Below, piece after piece: positions 9,780 to 21,302 of a stretch of DNA of 64,000 nt. How positions within the stretch are numbered: position 1 is the stretch's first letter; every line of letters starts with the position of its first letter. The position numbers and the translations under genes are program-made. Origin of the DNA: Candidatus Beckwithbacteria bacterium (GTDB taxonomy: Bacteria; Patescibacteriota; Microgenomatia; UBA1400; UBA1449); NCBI GenBank assembly GCA_012797845.1, contig JAAZOH010000040.1, forward strand, positions 57,072 to 121,071, read 5' to 3'. The notes beneath the pieces were generated by a model. It saw only the letters and a program-made list of their open reading frames with translations, was not told the origin of the DNA and did not search any database.

Positions 9780-11281
9780 GGTTTAAGTAATTTATACACA
9801 GTTGGACCACCTTCAAAATGCCAGGTATTTTTGATCAAACTGGCAGTTTCAGTAGAGTCGTTGTTCAAAAACTGTTCTACCTCCCAGGTATTAGTCTCAA
9901 TAGCGTTTTCAAAACTACTATCAGTAATTAGATAGAGCAATTTAATAGTACCATACTCATATACGTCTTCAAGATTAGCTGAGTCAGTTTCTAAAAAATA
10001 CCGATAATTCATTCCTCTGTAATCTTTTGTACTATCAATAAGCGCAATATTAAATCTTTGTCCTCCGGCATCAGCTGCAATTTGAGCAGCAACTTGTTTG
10101 ACATCATCAATCTGCCATCCAAGTGGTTTAAAATAACGGTAATTTTTTAGATTCCAAAAGGCAATCAAAGTAATAGTTACTACTACAAAAAATTTACCAA
10201 GTAGTTTCTGTTTGTGGAGAAAGCTTAGCAAAATTCCCAATAGTAAAAATGGTAGTGGGAAAATAATCCCCATGTAATGTTCGAAGACATCTCCAGAATA
10301 TAAAGTAAATCCAATTAGACTGGTAATAAAGTAAATAAAAATAAGTTGAACACTTTTTTGTTTCCTGTGAAAGTAAGCATAAATAGTAAAAACAATAGCC
10401 AGCAGCCAAGATAAATTATCACGAACAATCCGAAGTTTTTCAAAACCCAAAACTTGACCCAGAATTTGTTGCAAGCGCCCTTCACTCTCTTTGATAGTTG
10501 TCCAAATATTATGTGGCGAGTGATGTCCTTTTTGGAAAAATTCTAAAAACCCCTGATAGTTGATAAAATTATGCCGAAAATCAAAAATTATCAGCGGCAA
10601 GGCTAAAATTATAAAAACTAAAAATCCCAGCCATATATATAAACTCATTTTTTTAACATCTTTTTTATTCTGCCACACGGTCAAAGCAAAAATAATAAAT
10701 AGGACTGGAGCTAAAAGCAAGGCCATGTAATGTAGCTGCAAAGCTACTCCCCAAGATAAAGCAACGAGTATAAAGTAGGCATATTTCTTGCGTTGATATA
10801 TTTGATAAAGAGCCCATAGTAAGATAATTGTAGCCAAAGGCATTGGATTTGGATTCCAAGAACCTCTAGTATTAGCAATAATCACATCAGAAACTGAATA
10901 AAGAAAAGTTGCTATTATCGCTACCTGTTTACTAAATAAATCTTTGGTAAAAAAGTAAAAAACCGGAATTGTGATAATTCCCAATAATGCCACGGCTAAA
11001 GCCGGACCAATCGGATCATAGCCAGTTAGCCACAACCATGGCGCCATAAAATAGTAATATAGAGGACCAAGTTGAATTTTCCCTACTGATGTAGTGGGGC
11101 CGACTAAAATGAGATCGCTATGAATTAAAAGGTTGCGGACAATACTGGCATCCCGACCCTGATCACCTAAAAAAATTAAAGTACTTCGTAGGTGATACAA
11201 ACGTAAAAATGCTCCGATAATAGTTGTTAGTACCAGCAGGTAATTTTGCTTGGCAAATTCGATCAATTGAAGTTTTTTCAT
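9776..11281 (-). CDS. GT39/PMT-like membrane glycosyltransferase
   Basis: FLRLYHL, FLGDQGRD, GPLYYY and WNPN motifs; polytopic. Confidence 0.75.
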   Translation of the reverse strand: MKKLQLIEFAKQNYLLVLTTIIGAFLRLYHLRSTLIFLGDQGRDASIVRNLLIHSDLILVGPTTSVGKIQLGPLYYYFMAPWLWLTGYDPIGPALAVALLGIITIPVFYFFTKDLFSKQVAIIATFLYSVSDVIIANTRGSWNPNPMPLATIILLWALYQIYQRKKYAYFILVALSWGVALQLHYMALLLAPVLFIIFALTVWQNKKDVKKMSLYIWLGFLVFIILALPLIIFDFRHNFINYQGFLEFFQKGHHSPHNIWTTIKESEGRLQQILGQVLGFEKLRIVRDNLSWLLAIVFTIYAYFHRKQKSVQLIFIYFITSLIGFTLYSGDVFEHYMGIIFPLPFLLLGILLSFLHKQKLLGKFFVVVTITLIAFWNLKNYRYFKPLGWQIDDVKQVAAQIAADAGGQRFNIALIDSTKDYRGMNYRYFLETDSANLEDVYEYGTIKLLYLITDSSFENAIETNTWEVEQFLNNDSTETASLIKNTWHFEGGPTVYKLLKP

Positions 11282-11284
11282 GTC

Positions 11285-13383
<2,099 letters not shown>

Positions 13384-14346
13384 CTACTGTTTGTTTAATA
13401 ATTGCATGTCATAATCAACCATCATTTCAATCATTTTTTGAAAATTCAGGCTTCTTTTCCACCCTAGAGTTTTTTCGGCCTTTTCAGGATTACCATAGTA
13501 GTTTTTCTTGGGAGTTTCCCGATAAAATTCAGGAGCCATTGTAACAAATTCCTCCCAGTTTAGTCCAAGTTTGCCAAAAGCTATAGTAACGATATCTTTG
13601 ACCGTATGTAATTCTCCGGTTGCCAAAATATAGTCATCAGCCTTATCCTGTTGCAACATCAGCCACATAGCTTGTACATAATCAAGTGCATACCCCCAAT
13701 CTTGTTTAGCCTCTAAATTCCCTAAAGCCAATTGTTTTTCCAAACCTAATTTGATTTTAACTGCTCCCTGGGTAATTTTGCGAGTCACAAATTCACTTCC
13801 CCGTCTTGGAGATTCGTGATTATATAAAATCCCGGAACAAGCAAAAGTATCAAAATGTTGCCTAAAAAGCTGGCAAGAAAGATGTGCACAAAGCTTAGCT
13901 ACACTATATGGATCTGGTGGATTGTAAGCTGTTTTTTCACTCTGTTTTTCTTCATCACTTTGGCCAAAGATCCGAGCTGAAGTAGCCTGGAAAAATCTAG
14001 TTTGGGGCGAAAAATCTCGAATTGCCTCTAAAATACGCAGCACTCCTAAGCCGTTAACATCATAGTTCAAAACTGGCTTGTCCCAAGAAACCGGCACAAA
14101 AGAGATTCCGCCCAAGTTATAAACTTCATCAAACTGGTATTTTCGTATCAAATTCTCAATTGAAGCTTTATCCAACAAATCGCCTTCTTCTAAAATTAAT
14201 TTATCCTTAATGTGAGTAATATTTTGTCCGCCAATGTCATTTTTGCCGCTCACCATTCCCACAACTTGATAGTCTCTCTCCAAAAGAAATTCTGATAAGT
14301 AAGACCCATCTTGGCCAGTAATACCGGTGATAAGAGCTGTTTTCAT
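13384..14346 (-). CDS. Gmd paralog (extended SDR) with an altered active site
   Basis: [14 protein letters not shown] and NHESPRRG present, but FQATSARIFG replaces [10 protein letters not shown]; start MKTALI. Confidence 0.8.
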   Translation of the reverse strand: MKTALITGITGQDGSYLSEFLLERDYQVVGMVSGKNDIGGQNITHIKDKLILEEGDLLDKASIENLIRKYQFDEVYNLGGISFVPVSWDKPVLNYDVNGLGVLRILEAIRDFSPQTRFFQATSARIFGQSDEEKQSEKTAYNPPDPYSVAKLCAHLSCQLFRQHFDTFACSGILYNHESPRRGSEFVTRKITQGAVKIKLGLEKQLALGNLEAKQDWGYALDYVQAMWLMLQQDKADDYILATGELHTVKDIVTIAFGKLGLNWEEFVTMAPEFYRETPKKNYYGNPEKAEKTLGWKRSLNFQKMIEMMVDYDMQLLNKQ

Positions 14347-14439
14347 AAAATAAAAATACAAAACTTAGAACATAAGAATATTCTAACATTTAATTGAGTT
14401 TTATATGAATTTGGGAATTCTGATACTTTATCTTTTTAA

Positions 14440-15729
14440 TTAATCTCGACCCACTCCCACATAGCTAAAGCCAAGTTTTTTAAGCTCCTGTGGATCATAC
14501 ATATTTCGCCCATCAACGAGTAAGTCGCCTTTCATATCTTTTTTAATTTGGGCAAAATCGACTTCTTTAAACTCATTCCATTCGGTTACTAGAAAAATCG
14601 CGTCAGCTTCCTTAGCTGCTTCAGCAGGCGAATCAGCAAAGCTGATTTTGTCTCCAAAAATAGTTTTTGATATGGCAGTAGCAATTGGATCATAAGCTGA
14701 GACTTTAGCTCCTTTTTGTAATAAAAGGTTTATTAGAGTAACTGATCTAGCCTCTCTCATATCATCAGTATCTGGTTTAAAGGCCAAGCCCCAAATAGCA
14801 ATTTGTTTGCCTTGCAAAGAGCCGTATTTTTTCTCAATTTTAGAAATTACATAAGCCACTTGGCTGTCATTGATTTGATCAACAGTTTTTAAAAGTTCAA
14901 AATCATAGCCAGCGTCTTTAGCCAGATAGTAAAGACCTTTAATATCTTTAGGAAAGCAAGATCCACCAAAACCTAAACCTGGACTTAAAAATTGGTTACC
15001 AATCCGTGGATCAGTCCCTACTCCCTTCATGACATCAGTTACATCTGCTCCTAGTAGATCGCAAATCCGGGCAATGCCATTGACAAAAGAGATTTTGGTA
15101 GCCAGCAAACTATTGGCTGCATATTTAATCATTTGAGCCGAAACTACATCAGTTACAATCCGTTCACCAGGCAAAGATTTATGGATATCCAACAAATCAT
15201 CTTTGGCCTTTTGACTGGCTACTCCAATCACAATTCGCGAAGGATGAACAGTATCGGTAATAGCTGAACCTTCGCGCAAAAATTCCGGAGCTGAGGCAAA
15301 TTCATAAGCTACTTTAGTATGCTGGTCCAATATTTTGGTTAGGTGTTTGTGAATCCCAGGCGGCACTGTGCTTTTTAACACAATCGTAGTTGGCTGTTTC
15401 AAAGCTTTGGCAATGGACTCTACCGCTGTCTCTACATAACGCAAATCCACTTTGCCACTGTCAGACTGGGGTGTTCCTACACAAATAAAGACAATTTGAC
15501 AATTATCCAAAGCTTCTTGATATGAACTAGTAAAATGAAGTCGTTTAGCTTTAAGACCCCGTTGCAAAAATTCATCGAGTCTGGGCTCGTGAATAGGAGG
15601 AATGCCTTTTTTTAAAGTTTCAACCCGTTTAGGATCAATATCCACTCCCCAGACTTGGTTACCAAAATCGGCATAGACAACTGCCGAAACAATACCAACA
15701 TAACCAGTTCCAATAACAGCAATATTCAT
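14440..15729 (-). CDS. ugd: UDP-glucose/GDP-mannose 6-dehydrogenase
   Basis: GTGYVG, FICVGTP, PEFLREG, GFGGSCFPKD and AFKPDTDD motifs; start MNIAVI. Confidence 0.9.
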   Translation of the reverse strand: MNIAVIGTGYVGIVSAVVYADFGNQVWGVDIDPKRVETLKKGIPPIHEPRLDEFLQRGLKAKRLHFTSSYQEALDNCQIVFICVGTPQSDSGKVDLRYVETAVESIAKALKQPTTIVLKSTVPPGIHKHLTKILDQHTKVAYEFASAPEFLREGSAITDTVHPSRIVIGVASQKAKDDLLDIHKSLPGERIVTDVVSAQMIKYAANSLLATKISFVNGIARICDLLGADVTDVMKGVGTDPRIGNQFLSPGLGFGGSCFPKDIKGLYYLAKDAGYDFELLKTVDQINDSQVAYVISKIEKKYGSLQGKQIAIWGLAFKPDTDDMREARSVTLINLLLQKGAKVSAYDPIATAISKTIFGDKISFADSPAEAAKEADAIFLVTEWNEFKEVDFAQIKKDMKGDLLVDGRNMYDPQELKKLGFSYVGVGRD

Positions 15730-15760
15730 ACTCAGAAAATATAACACAAGTTAAAGGATC

Positions 15761-15787
15761 TGTCATTCCTGTGAAGACAGTAATCTA
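15761..15787. repeat. Single degenerate GTCAT palindromic unit overlapping the mscL stop
   Basis: TGTCATTCCTGTGAAGACAGTAATCTA resembles the reverse complement of 475-499. Confidence 0.65.
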
Positions 15788-16240
15788 TCCTTTTAAACTG
15801 GAAGTACAATTGGGGCAACGAGTTGCTTTAGCTGGAATTTTAGTAAAGCAAAAGGGACACGTTTTATTTTTTTCTTTCTTTTCTTTTTCTTCTTTGCGTT
15901 GCAACTGATTAATTCCCTTAACCAATAAAAAGACAGCAAACGCTACGATAGTAAAATCAATAACATTATTTAAAAATATGCCATAACTAATAACTGGAGC
16001 CCCAGCTTCAGAAGCTGCAGCCAAACTGGAATAATGTTTACCTGACAAATTAATGTATAAATCAGCAAAATCAACCTTAGCCAATAAAAGTCCTAATGGC
16101 GGCATGATAATATCGCCAACTAATGAAGAGATGATTTCTTTAAAAGCTCCGCCAATAATAATACCAACTGCCAAATCAATAACATTACCCCGCATGGCAA
16201 ATTTTTTAAACTCATTGAAAAATTTTTGTAGCATAGCCAT
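15785..16240 (-). CDS. mscL: Large-conductance mechanosensitive channel with a C-terminal Cys4 ribbon
   Basis: [24 protein letters not shown] and YGIFLN; tail CPFC...CPNC. Start may be the second ATG at 16234. Confidence 0.93.
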   Translation of the reverse strand: MAMLQKFFNEFKKFAMRGNVIDLAVGIIIGGAFKEIISSLVGDIIMPPLGLLLAKVDFADLYINLSGKHYSSLAAASEAGAPVISYGIFLNNVIDFTIVAFAVFLLVKGINQLQRKEEKEKKEKNKTCPFCFTKIPAKATRCPNCTSSLKG

Positions 16241-16291
16241 ATTTTAACAAATAATTTAATATTCTGCACTTTCTAGGGTAAAATATACGTA

Positions 16292-16963
16292 ATGAAAATT
16301 GATGTTCTCACTATTTTTCCGAATATGTTTGGCAGCCCTTTTGCTGAGTCGATTATTAAACGGGCTCAAGATCAAAAATTGCTTGAATTAAGTATTCATA
16401 ACCTAAGGGATTGGTCAACTGATAAGTATAAAAGCGTTGATGATCGGCCTTTTGGCGGTGGAGCCGGTATGATTATGCGAGTCGATATTGTAGACAAAGC
16501 TGTCACTGCCTTTAAATCTCAAAATGCTAAGCTAAAAACTAAAGTAGTCCTTCTCGATACTAAAGGCCAGTTTTATACTCAAAAAAATGCTCAGCAATTG
16601 GCCAATCATGAACATCTCATCATTATTGCTCCGCATTTTGAAGGTATCGATCATCGGGTACATGAACATATTGCTGATGAAGTTTTTTCAATTGGCCCCT
16701 ATGTACTAACTGGTGGAGAATTACCAGCCATGGTGGTGATTGACTCAGTGACACGACTTATTCCTGGAGTCATCAATCCCGATTCTCTACTTGAGGAGTC
16801 TTATGCAAATTTTGAATTTGACAATGTCAAATTTGATCATTGCCAAGAATATCCCCAATACACTAGGCCAGCACAATATAAAGACTGGAAAGTACCTGAA
16901 GCACTGCTTTCCGGCAACCATGCCCAAATTGATACCTGGAGAAAAGAACAAGTTAATAAGTAA
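16292..16963 (+). CDS. trmD: tRNA (guanine37-N1)-methyltransferase
   Basis: VDDRPFGGGAGM, SIGPYVLTGGELPA, EYPQYTRP and LLSGNHA motifs. Confidence 0.95.
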   Translation: MKIDVLTIFPNMFGSPFAESIIKRAQDQKLLELSIHNLRDWSTDKYKSVDDRPFGGGAGMIMRVDIVDKAVTAFKSQNAKLKTKVVLLDTKGQFYTQKNAQQLANHEHLIIIAPHFEGIDHRVHEHIADEVFSIGPYVLTGGELPAMVVIDSVTRLIPGVINPDSLLEESYANFEFDNVKFDHCQEYPQYTRPAQYKDWKVPEALLSGNHAQIDTWRKEQVNK

Positions 16964-17849
16964 GACCAACTGATTTTAGTCTTAAAATTTCTTCATCATG
17001 GCTAGGGTGAGTCATGGTCAGAATTTTTTCAGTTTCTTGACTGCTAAGGCTTAAATTTTTAGCACCATTGTCTTCTATGCTAGTAGCTGTAATATTACAG
17101 TTTTTTTCAAAAATTTGAGCTGCGGCTGCTCCGAATGCATAAGGAGTAGTAGCTGGACCAACCACATGTAAAATTTGCCCTGAAGAAAGCAGCTTAGTTT
17201 CTAGAAGCTGGCTAATTTTCATACAAGTCTGACTAATAAAATCTATTGAAGTAGGACAGATTTTTTGATCAGCATACAAATTAACTGTCTGATTTTTATC
17301 CATCCAGGAAAGCATTTTGCGTAGTAATCCCATTTTGGGGTGAATCAGATTTCCATAAGGAAAAGCGATTCGCATAATTACTACTTGCTGATTTTTAGCT
17401 ACTTCTAAAACTGCTTCTTCGGCTGCTGCCTTTGTTTGAGAATAAACTGTATCATCGGGCAATATTGCATCAGTTTCAAGATATGGATCTTCTTTTGTCC
17501 CACCAGCAAAAACATAATCAGTACTAATATGAACAACCGGAATATCCAGTTTTTTACCAACTTCTAGAATATTTTTAGTACCCTGAACATTAAGCCGCCA
17601 GGAAAGAGATTCTTGCTCCGAGCTCAAATTTTTACCTGTGAAGGTAATAGCGGCAAAGTGAAATAAGACTGGTTTTATTCCTTCACGCAGCTTTCCTTCT
17701 ATCGCCTGAAACACGTTGTCTTTATCTAAAATATCAACGCTCTGATTCTCACCATGTAAATCAAGACCAATAAAATCCAAGCCCTGATTTATGCAGTCTT
17801 GTTTAAATTGACTAGCTACTAAACCTGATGATCCGGTACAAAAAATCAT
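16953..17849 (-). CDS. rmlD: dTDP-4-dehydrorhamnose reductase-like SDR
   Basis: TGSSGLVA, HISTDYVF and YSQTK motifs; adjacent to rmlC and rmlB; start MIFCTG. Confidence 0.75.
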   Translation of the reverse strand: MIFCTGSSGLVASQFKQDCINQGLDFIGLDLHGENQSVDILDKDNVFQAIEGKLREGIKPVLFHFAAITFTGKNLSSEQESLSWRLNVQGTKNILEVGKKLDIPVVHISTDYVFAGGTKEDPYLETDAILPDDTVYSQTKAAAEEAVLEVAKNQQVVIMRIAFPYGNLIHPKMGLLRKMLSWMDKNQTVNLYADQKICPTSIDFISQTCMKISQLLETKLLSSGQILHVVGPATTPYAFGAAAAQIFEKNCNITATSIEDNGAKNLSLSSQETEKILTMTHPSHDEEILRLKSVGLTY

Positions 17850-17854
17850 ATTAG

Positions 17855-18376
17855 CTATCCATTGAGTGGTTCCCAAATTTCTTCGAGCACACTATTCCAA
17901 GTAAATTTGTATTCATCACTGGGATCATATGGCTCTGATTGGAAATTGGTCACAATTACTTCTGGTGGCGTTAGAGCTTTCCAACCATGCATAATCCCAA
18001 AAGGAATTTTGATAAATTTAGGATGTTGGGTGCTAATAATAATTTTATTGGCATGCAAAAAAGTCGGACTATCTTCCCGAAGATCAATCAAAGAAACCTG
18101 AAGTTTACCACGAGTGACTGTAAATTGATCAATATGCTTTTCATGCAAATGCCAACATTTAACCACTCCATAATCAGTAGCTGATTGATAGACATGTTTA
18201 GGCGCTACAATTGGTTCTTTCTCTGTCCAAGGTAAGCTCCACAGCTCGGTAATACTTCCTCGTCCATCTACAATGGTGTTAAGCTCTTTTACATAGACTC
18301 CATCAATGGTGACTTCTTTTTGGATCGTAAAGGTTTGGCTTTTCAGCCAATCTTGGTTAATTTGTGAAATTTGCAT
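17855..18376 (-). CDS. rmlC: dTDP-4-dehydrorhamnose 3,5-epimerase family cupin
   Basis: DGRG, WHLH, DLREDSPTF and HGWK motifs. Confidence 0.85.
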   Translation of the reverse strand: MQISQINQDWLKSQTFTIQKEVTIDGVYVKELNTIVDGRGSITELWSLPWTEKEPIVAPKHVYQSATDYGVVKCWHLHEKHIDQFTVTRGKLQVSLIDLREDSPTFLHANKIIISTQHPKFIKIPFGIMHGWKALTPPEVIVTNFQSEPYDPSDEYKFTWNSVLEEIWEPLNG

Positions 18377-18425
18377 ATTACTCCTTATTTTTTATTTTAA
18401 ATATATCCTTTTAATCTTTACCTTC

Positions 18426-19439
18426 TTACTTCTCTTCCCCATACTGTTTCTTATAATACTCCTGATACTCTCCCGATTTAACTCTTTGCCACCATTCTTG
18501 GTTTTGCTGATACCAGTCAATTGTTTGCTGTAAGTAATCAGTAAAATCATGTTGTGGAAAATAGCCCAGCTCATTCTTAGCCTTAGTCCAATCAATAGCA
18601 TAACGCACATCATGACCTGGCCGGTCCGTTACATGCTCAATTAAAGACTCATCTTTCTCCATTAGCTTTAAGATCATTTTTACTACTTGTAAATTGGAAA
18701 TGTCTCCTGTCATTCCACCAAAACAGTATGTTTCCCCAATTTTGCCTTTTTTAAGAACAAGCTCAATTCCAAAGCAATGATCATCGACATACAGCCAATC
18801 TCGAACTTGATTACCTTCACCATAGACCGGAATTTTTTTACCTTCAATAATATTGCTAATAGTCAGTGGGATAAATTTTTCCGGAAACTGGTAGGGGCCA
18901 AAATTATTACTACAATTGGAAATGGTAACAGGCAAGCCATAGGTATGGTAATAAGCTCTCACTAGATGATCAGAAGCCGCCTTAGAGGCACTATAAGGAC
19001 TACTGGGATCATAAGCTGTGTTTTCACTAAACTTATCTTCACTGCCTAGTTCTAGGCTGCCAAAAACCTCATCAGTGGAAACATGATGGAAACGGATGTT
19101 TTTGGTCCGAGCTGCTTCCAGCAACACATATGTTCCTTCAATGTTGGTTTTGATAAATGCTCCTGGTCCGGAAATTGACCGGTCTACATGAGTTTCAGCC
19201 GCAAAGTGCACAATTGCTTCACAACCTTCAAGAGCTTTTTTAACTACAGCAGAATCACAGATATCACCTTTGACAAACTGGTAATTGGGATTTTTCTCGA
19301 CTATTTTCAAGTTTTCTAAATTACCGGCATAAGTTAAAGAGTCTAAGTTGACAATTTGATCAGTTGGATATTTGCTAAGCCAGTAACGGATAAAATTACT
19401 GCCAATAAAACCAGCTCCACCAGTTACAAGTAGTTTCAT
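18426..19439 (-). CDS. rmlB: dTDP-glucose 4,6-dehydratase
   Basis: [35 protein letters not shown] and DRPGHD motifs. Confidence 0.95.
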   Translation of the reverse strand: MKLLVTGGAGFIGSNFIRYWLSKYPTDQIVNLDSLTYAGNLENLKIVEKNPNYQFVKGDICDSAVVKKALEGCEAIVHFAAETHVDRSISGPGAFIKTNIEGTYVLLEAARTKNIRFHHVSTDEVFGSLELGSEDKFSENTAYDPSSPYSASKAASDHLVRAYYHTYGLPVTISNCSNNFGPYQFPEKFIPLTISNIIEGKKIPVYGEGNQVRDWLYVDDHCFGIELVLKKGKIGETYCFGGMTGDISNLQVVKMILKLMEKDESLIEHVTDRPGHDVRYAIDWTKAKNELGYFPQHDFTDYLQQTIDWYQQNQEWWQRVKSGEYQEYYKKQYGEEK

Positions 19440-19451
19440 AGTTTCAATACA

Positions 19452-19526
19452 GTCATTCCGAACTTGTTTCGGAATCCCCTATATTAATTAAAATTAAGAG
19501 GATCCTGAATCAAGTTCAGGATGACA
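19452..19526. repeat. Paired GTCAT-tagged palindromic repeat
   Basis: GTCATTCCGAACTTGTTTCGGAATCC (19452-19477) and GGATCCTGAATCAAGTTCAGGATGACA (19500-19526). Confidence 0.8.
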
Positions 19527-20076
19527 TTTTTTTAATCTTACTTTTATATAGCATGTAAGCCCCAATTGTGGAAAGGTCCATAATTTTTCCACTAGCAATC
19601 ATGTTCTCAAAAGTAGCTAAACTAAGCAACTTTGTCTCAATTAATTCGTATTCGGCTTCTTCTTTTGATTGAGTTTTCATTTCTTTTTCAAAATCATCAA
19701 CCAAAAATACATTACCTAGTTGATTACTGTAACCAGGAGCTAGCCAGTAAGATCCAAGGTGTGTAATTTGTTTAGCTTTATAGCCAGTTTCCTCCTGTAG
19801 TTCTCGCTTGGCTGCCTGTGCCGGTGTTTCGCTACTATTTCTTGCTCCCATTGGTATTTCCCAAATCCATTGTCGCAAAGGAGCTCGCCACTGTTTTTCC
19901 AGAATAATCTTGCCATCTTTTATAGCTAAAATCACTACATAATCATTATCCCGTTCTAGTGTATAGTAATCTTTTACTTTGCCATCAGGATAGCGAATTT
20001 TCTCTTTAAAAACCTTCAACCACTTACAGTCAAAGACTTTTTTTGAAGAAACTACAGCTTTATCATCTAAACTCAT
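19516..20076 (-). CDS. NUDIX hydrolase (ADP-ribose/NDP-sugar pyrophosphatase-like)
   Basis: WEIPMG...ETPAQAAKRELQEETGY Nudix box; QWRAP. Confidence 0.9.
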   Translation of the reverse strand: MSLDDKAVVSSKKVFDCKWLKVFKEKIRYPDGKVKDYYTLERDNDYVVILAIKDGKIILEKQWRAPLRQWIWEIPMGARNSSETPAQAAKRELQEETGYKAKQITHLGSYWLAPGYSNQLGNVFLVDDFEKEMKTQSKEEAEYELIETKLLSLATFENMIASGKIMDLSTIGAYMLYKSKIKKMSS

Positions 20077-20120
20077 AGTTTCTTATTGTAGCAAAATCAT
20101 TGGCAATATCTTGACTAGGC

Positions 20121-20149
20121 TTGTCAGATATTTACAGAACCGCTATATT
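20121..20149 (+). promoter_or_regulatory. Sigma70-type promoter
   Basis: TTGTCA-17 nt-TATATT, followed by an AAGGAG RBS before ATG 20183. Confidence 0.5.
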
Positions 20150-20182
20150 AGGAGCGTAAATAAAAATATATAAGGAGTAACT

Positions 20183-20662
20183 ATGGCCGACGATCAAACC
20201 ACACCTCAAACTACCACTGAGGAAACTACCTATGAACTAAGCGAAGAAACCCAAAGCACTGACACTTTTAACCAGGAAGAATTTGAAGCGGTTAAAAATT
20301 TGGTCTCTCGCAAAACTTCGCAAGCCGATGAGCTCAAAGAAAAAATCCGCGAATTAGCTGAATCTTTAAAAAACATGCTGACCAATGATAGTACGCTAGC
20401 TGATGCTGAAGAAACCCTCAAAGAAACTCGTAAAGCCGTCACCAAACGTAAAAATGAAATTGCCAATTCCGAGGAAGCCCAGTCGATCAAAGCTAAGCTG
20501 CGAGAACTCAAAGAAGAAATGGCTGATATTGAAGACAGTCTCAGTACCCAGCTACTTAATCTCTATCAGATTACAGGAGTTAAAGAGTTTGAGACTAATA
20601 CTGGGGAAGTTAGAGAGTTTGTCATTAAAGCCAAAGTTAAAGCCAAGAAGATTAAAGCTTAA
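20183..20662 (+). CDS. Coiled-coil hypothetical protein
   Basis: E/K-rich heptad pattern and a strong RBS. Confidence 0.75.
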   Translation: MADDQTTPQTTTEETTYELSEETQSTDTFNQEEFEAVKNLVSRKTSQADELKEKIRELAESLKNMLTNDSTLADAEETLKETRKAVTKRKNEIANSEEAQSIKAKLRELKEEMADIEDSLSTQLLNLYQITGVKEFETNTGEVREFVIKAKVKAKKIKA

Positions 20663-20957
20663 CAGTCTTAATCTGTACTCCCACCAAATCAATATAGGGA
20701 AAGTAGCTTCTTACTTCTTCCCAGAATTTATCAGCCAGTTTACTAGAAAAAACTGCATTTTCGCCTTTTTCCATATGGCCACAGAGTTTGCTTTCCCACT
20801 CTTTAATAATAGCTACTACTTGTCCACCTATCTCATCAAATTCAGCTTTGTATTTTTGACGGTCTTTCCCGTAATCATCATTGAGTAGCTTGAATCGAAA
20901 GAAAAGTTCTTGATGTTCCTTAAACATCTGATTAAAGTAGTCTTTAAATTTTGGCAT
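20652..20957 (-). CDS. Hypothetical helical protein
   Basis: Start MPKFKDY; the longer track start reads through a repeat. Confidence 0.7.
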   Translation of the reverse strand: MPKFKDYFNQMFKEHQELFFRFKLLNDDYGKDRQKYKAEFDEIGGQVVAIIKEWESKLCGHMEKGENAVFSSKLADKFWEEVRSYFPYIDLVGVQIKTVKL

Positions 20958-20962
20958 ATTAT

Positions 20963-21004
20963 TATCCTGAGCAAGCCTGAGCATATCGAAGGCGAGTCGA
21001 AGGA
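20963..21004. repeat. Nested CCTGAGC...TCGAAGG imperfect palindromic repeat
   Basis: ATCCTGAGCAA[GCCTGAGCATATCGAAGGC]GAGTCGAAGGA. Confidence 0.55.
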
Positions 21005-21016
21005 TTGTTCAATTTA

Positions 21017-21226
21017 TTATTTGACTTCGTATACTGCCCCTTTAGTTTCACCCCTTTTAATAACAAAGCCTTTCTTAGCCAGTTGTTCCAAATCATAACG
21101 CAATGTCCGCTCAGGGACTGCAAAAAAGCGCCGTTTAATAAAGCTAAGGCTTACCTGCTTATGATCCCTGATAATTTGCAGGATTTCAAAACGCCTAGGT
21201 AAAAGTTGGCGCTCACGAAGATCCAT
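21017..21226 (-). CDS. Small winged-helix (DeoR-like HTH) protein
   Basis: RRFEILQII...VPERTLRYDLEQLAKKGFVIKRGETKGAVY; start MDLRER. Confidence 0.7.
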   Translation of the reverse strand: MDLRERQLLPRRFEILQIIRDHKQVSLSFIKRRFFAVPERTLRYDLEQLAKKGFVIKRGETKGAVYEVK

Positions 21227-21302
21227 ATTTAAACAGTAACATATCTTGCCGATTGTTGCCAATATCTATTGAATAGGAGATTTTATTTTTACGTTACATC
21301 TT

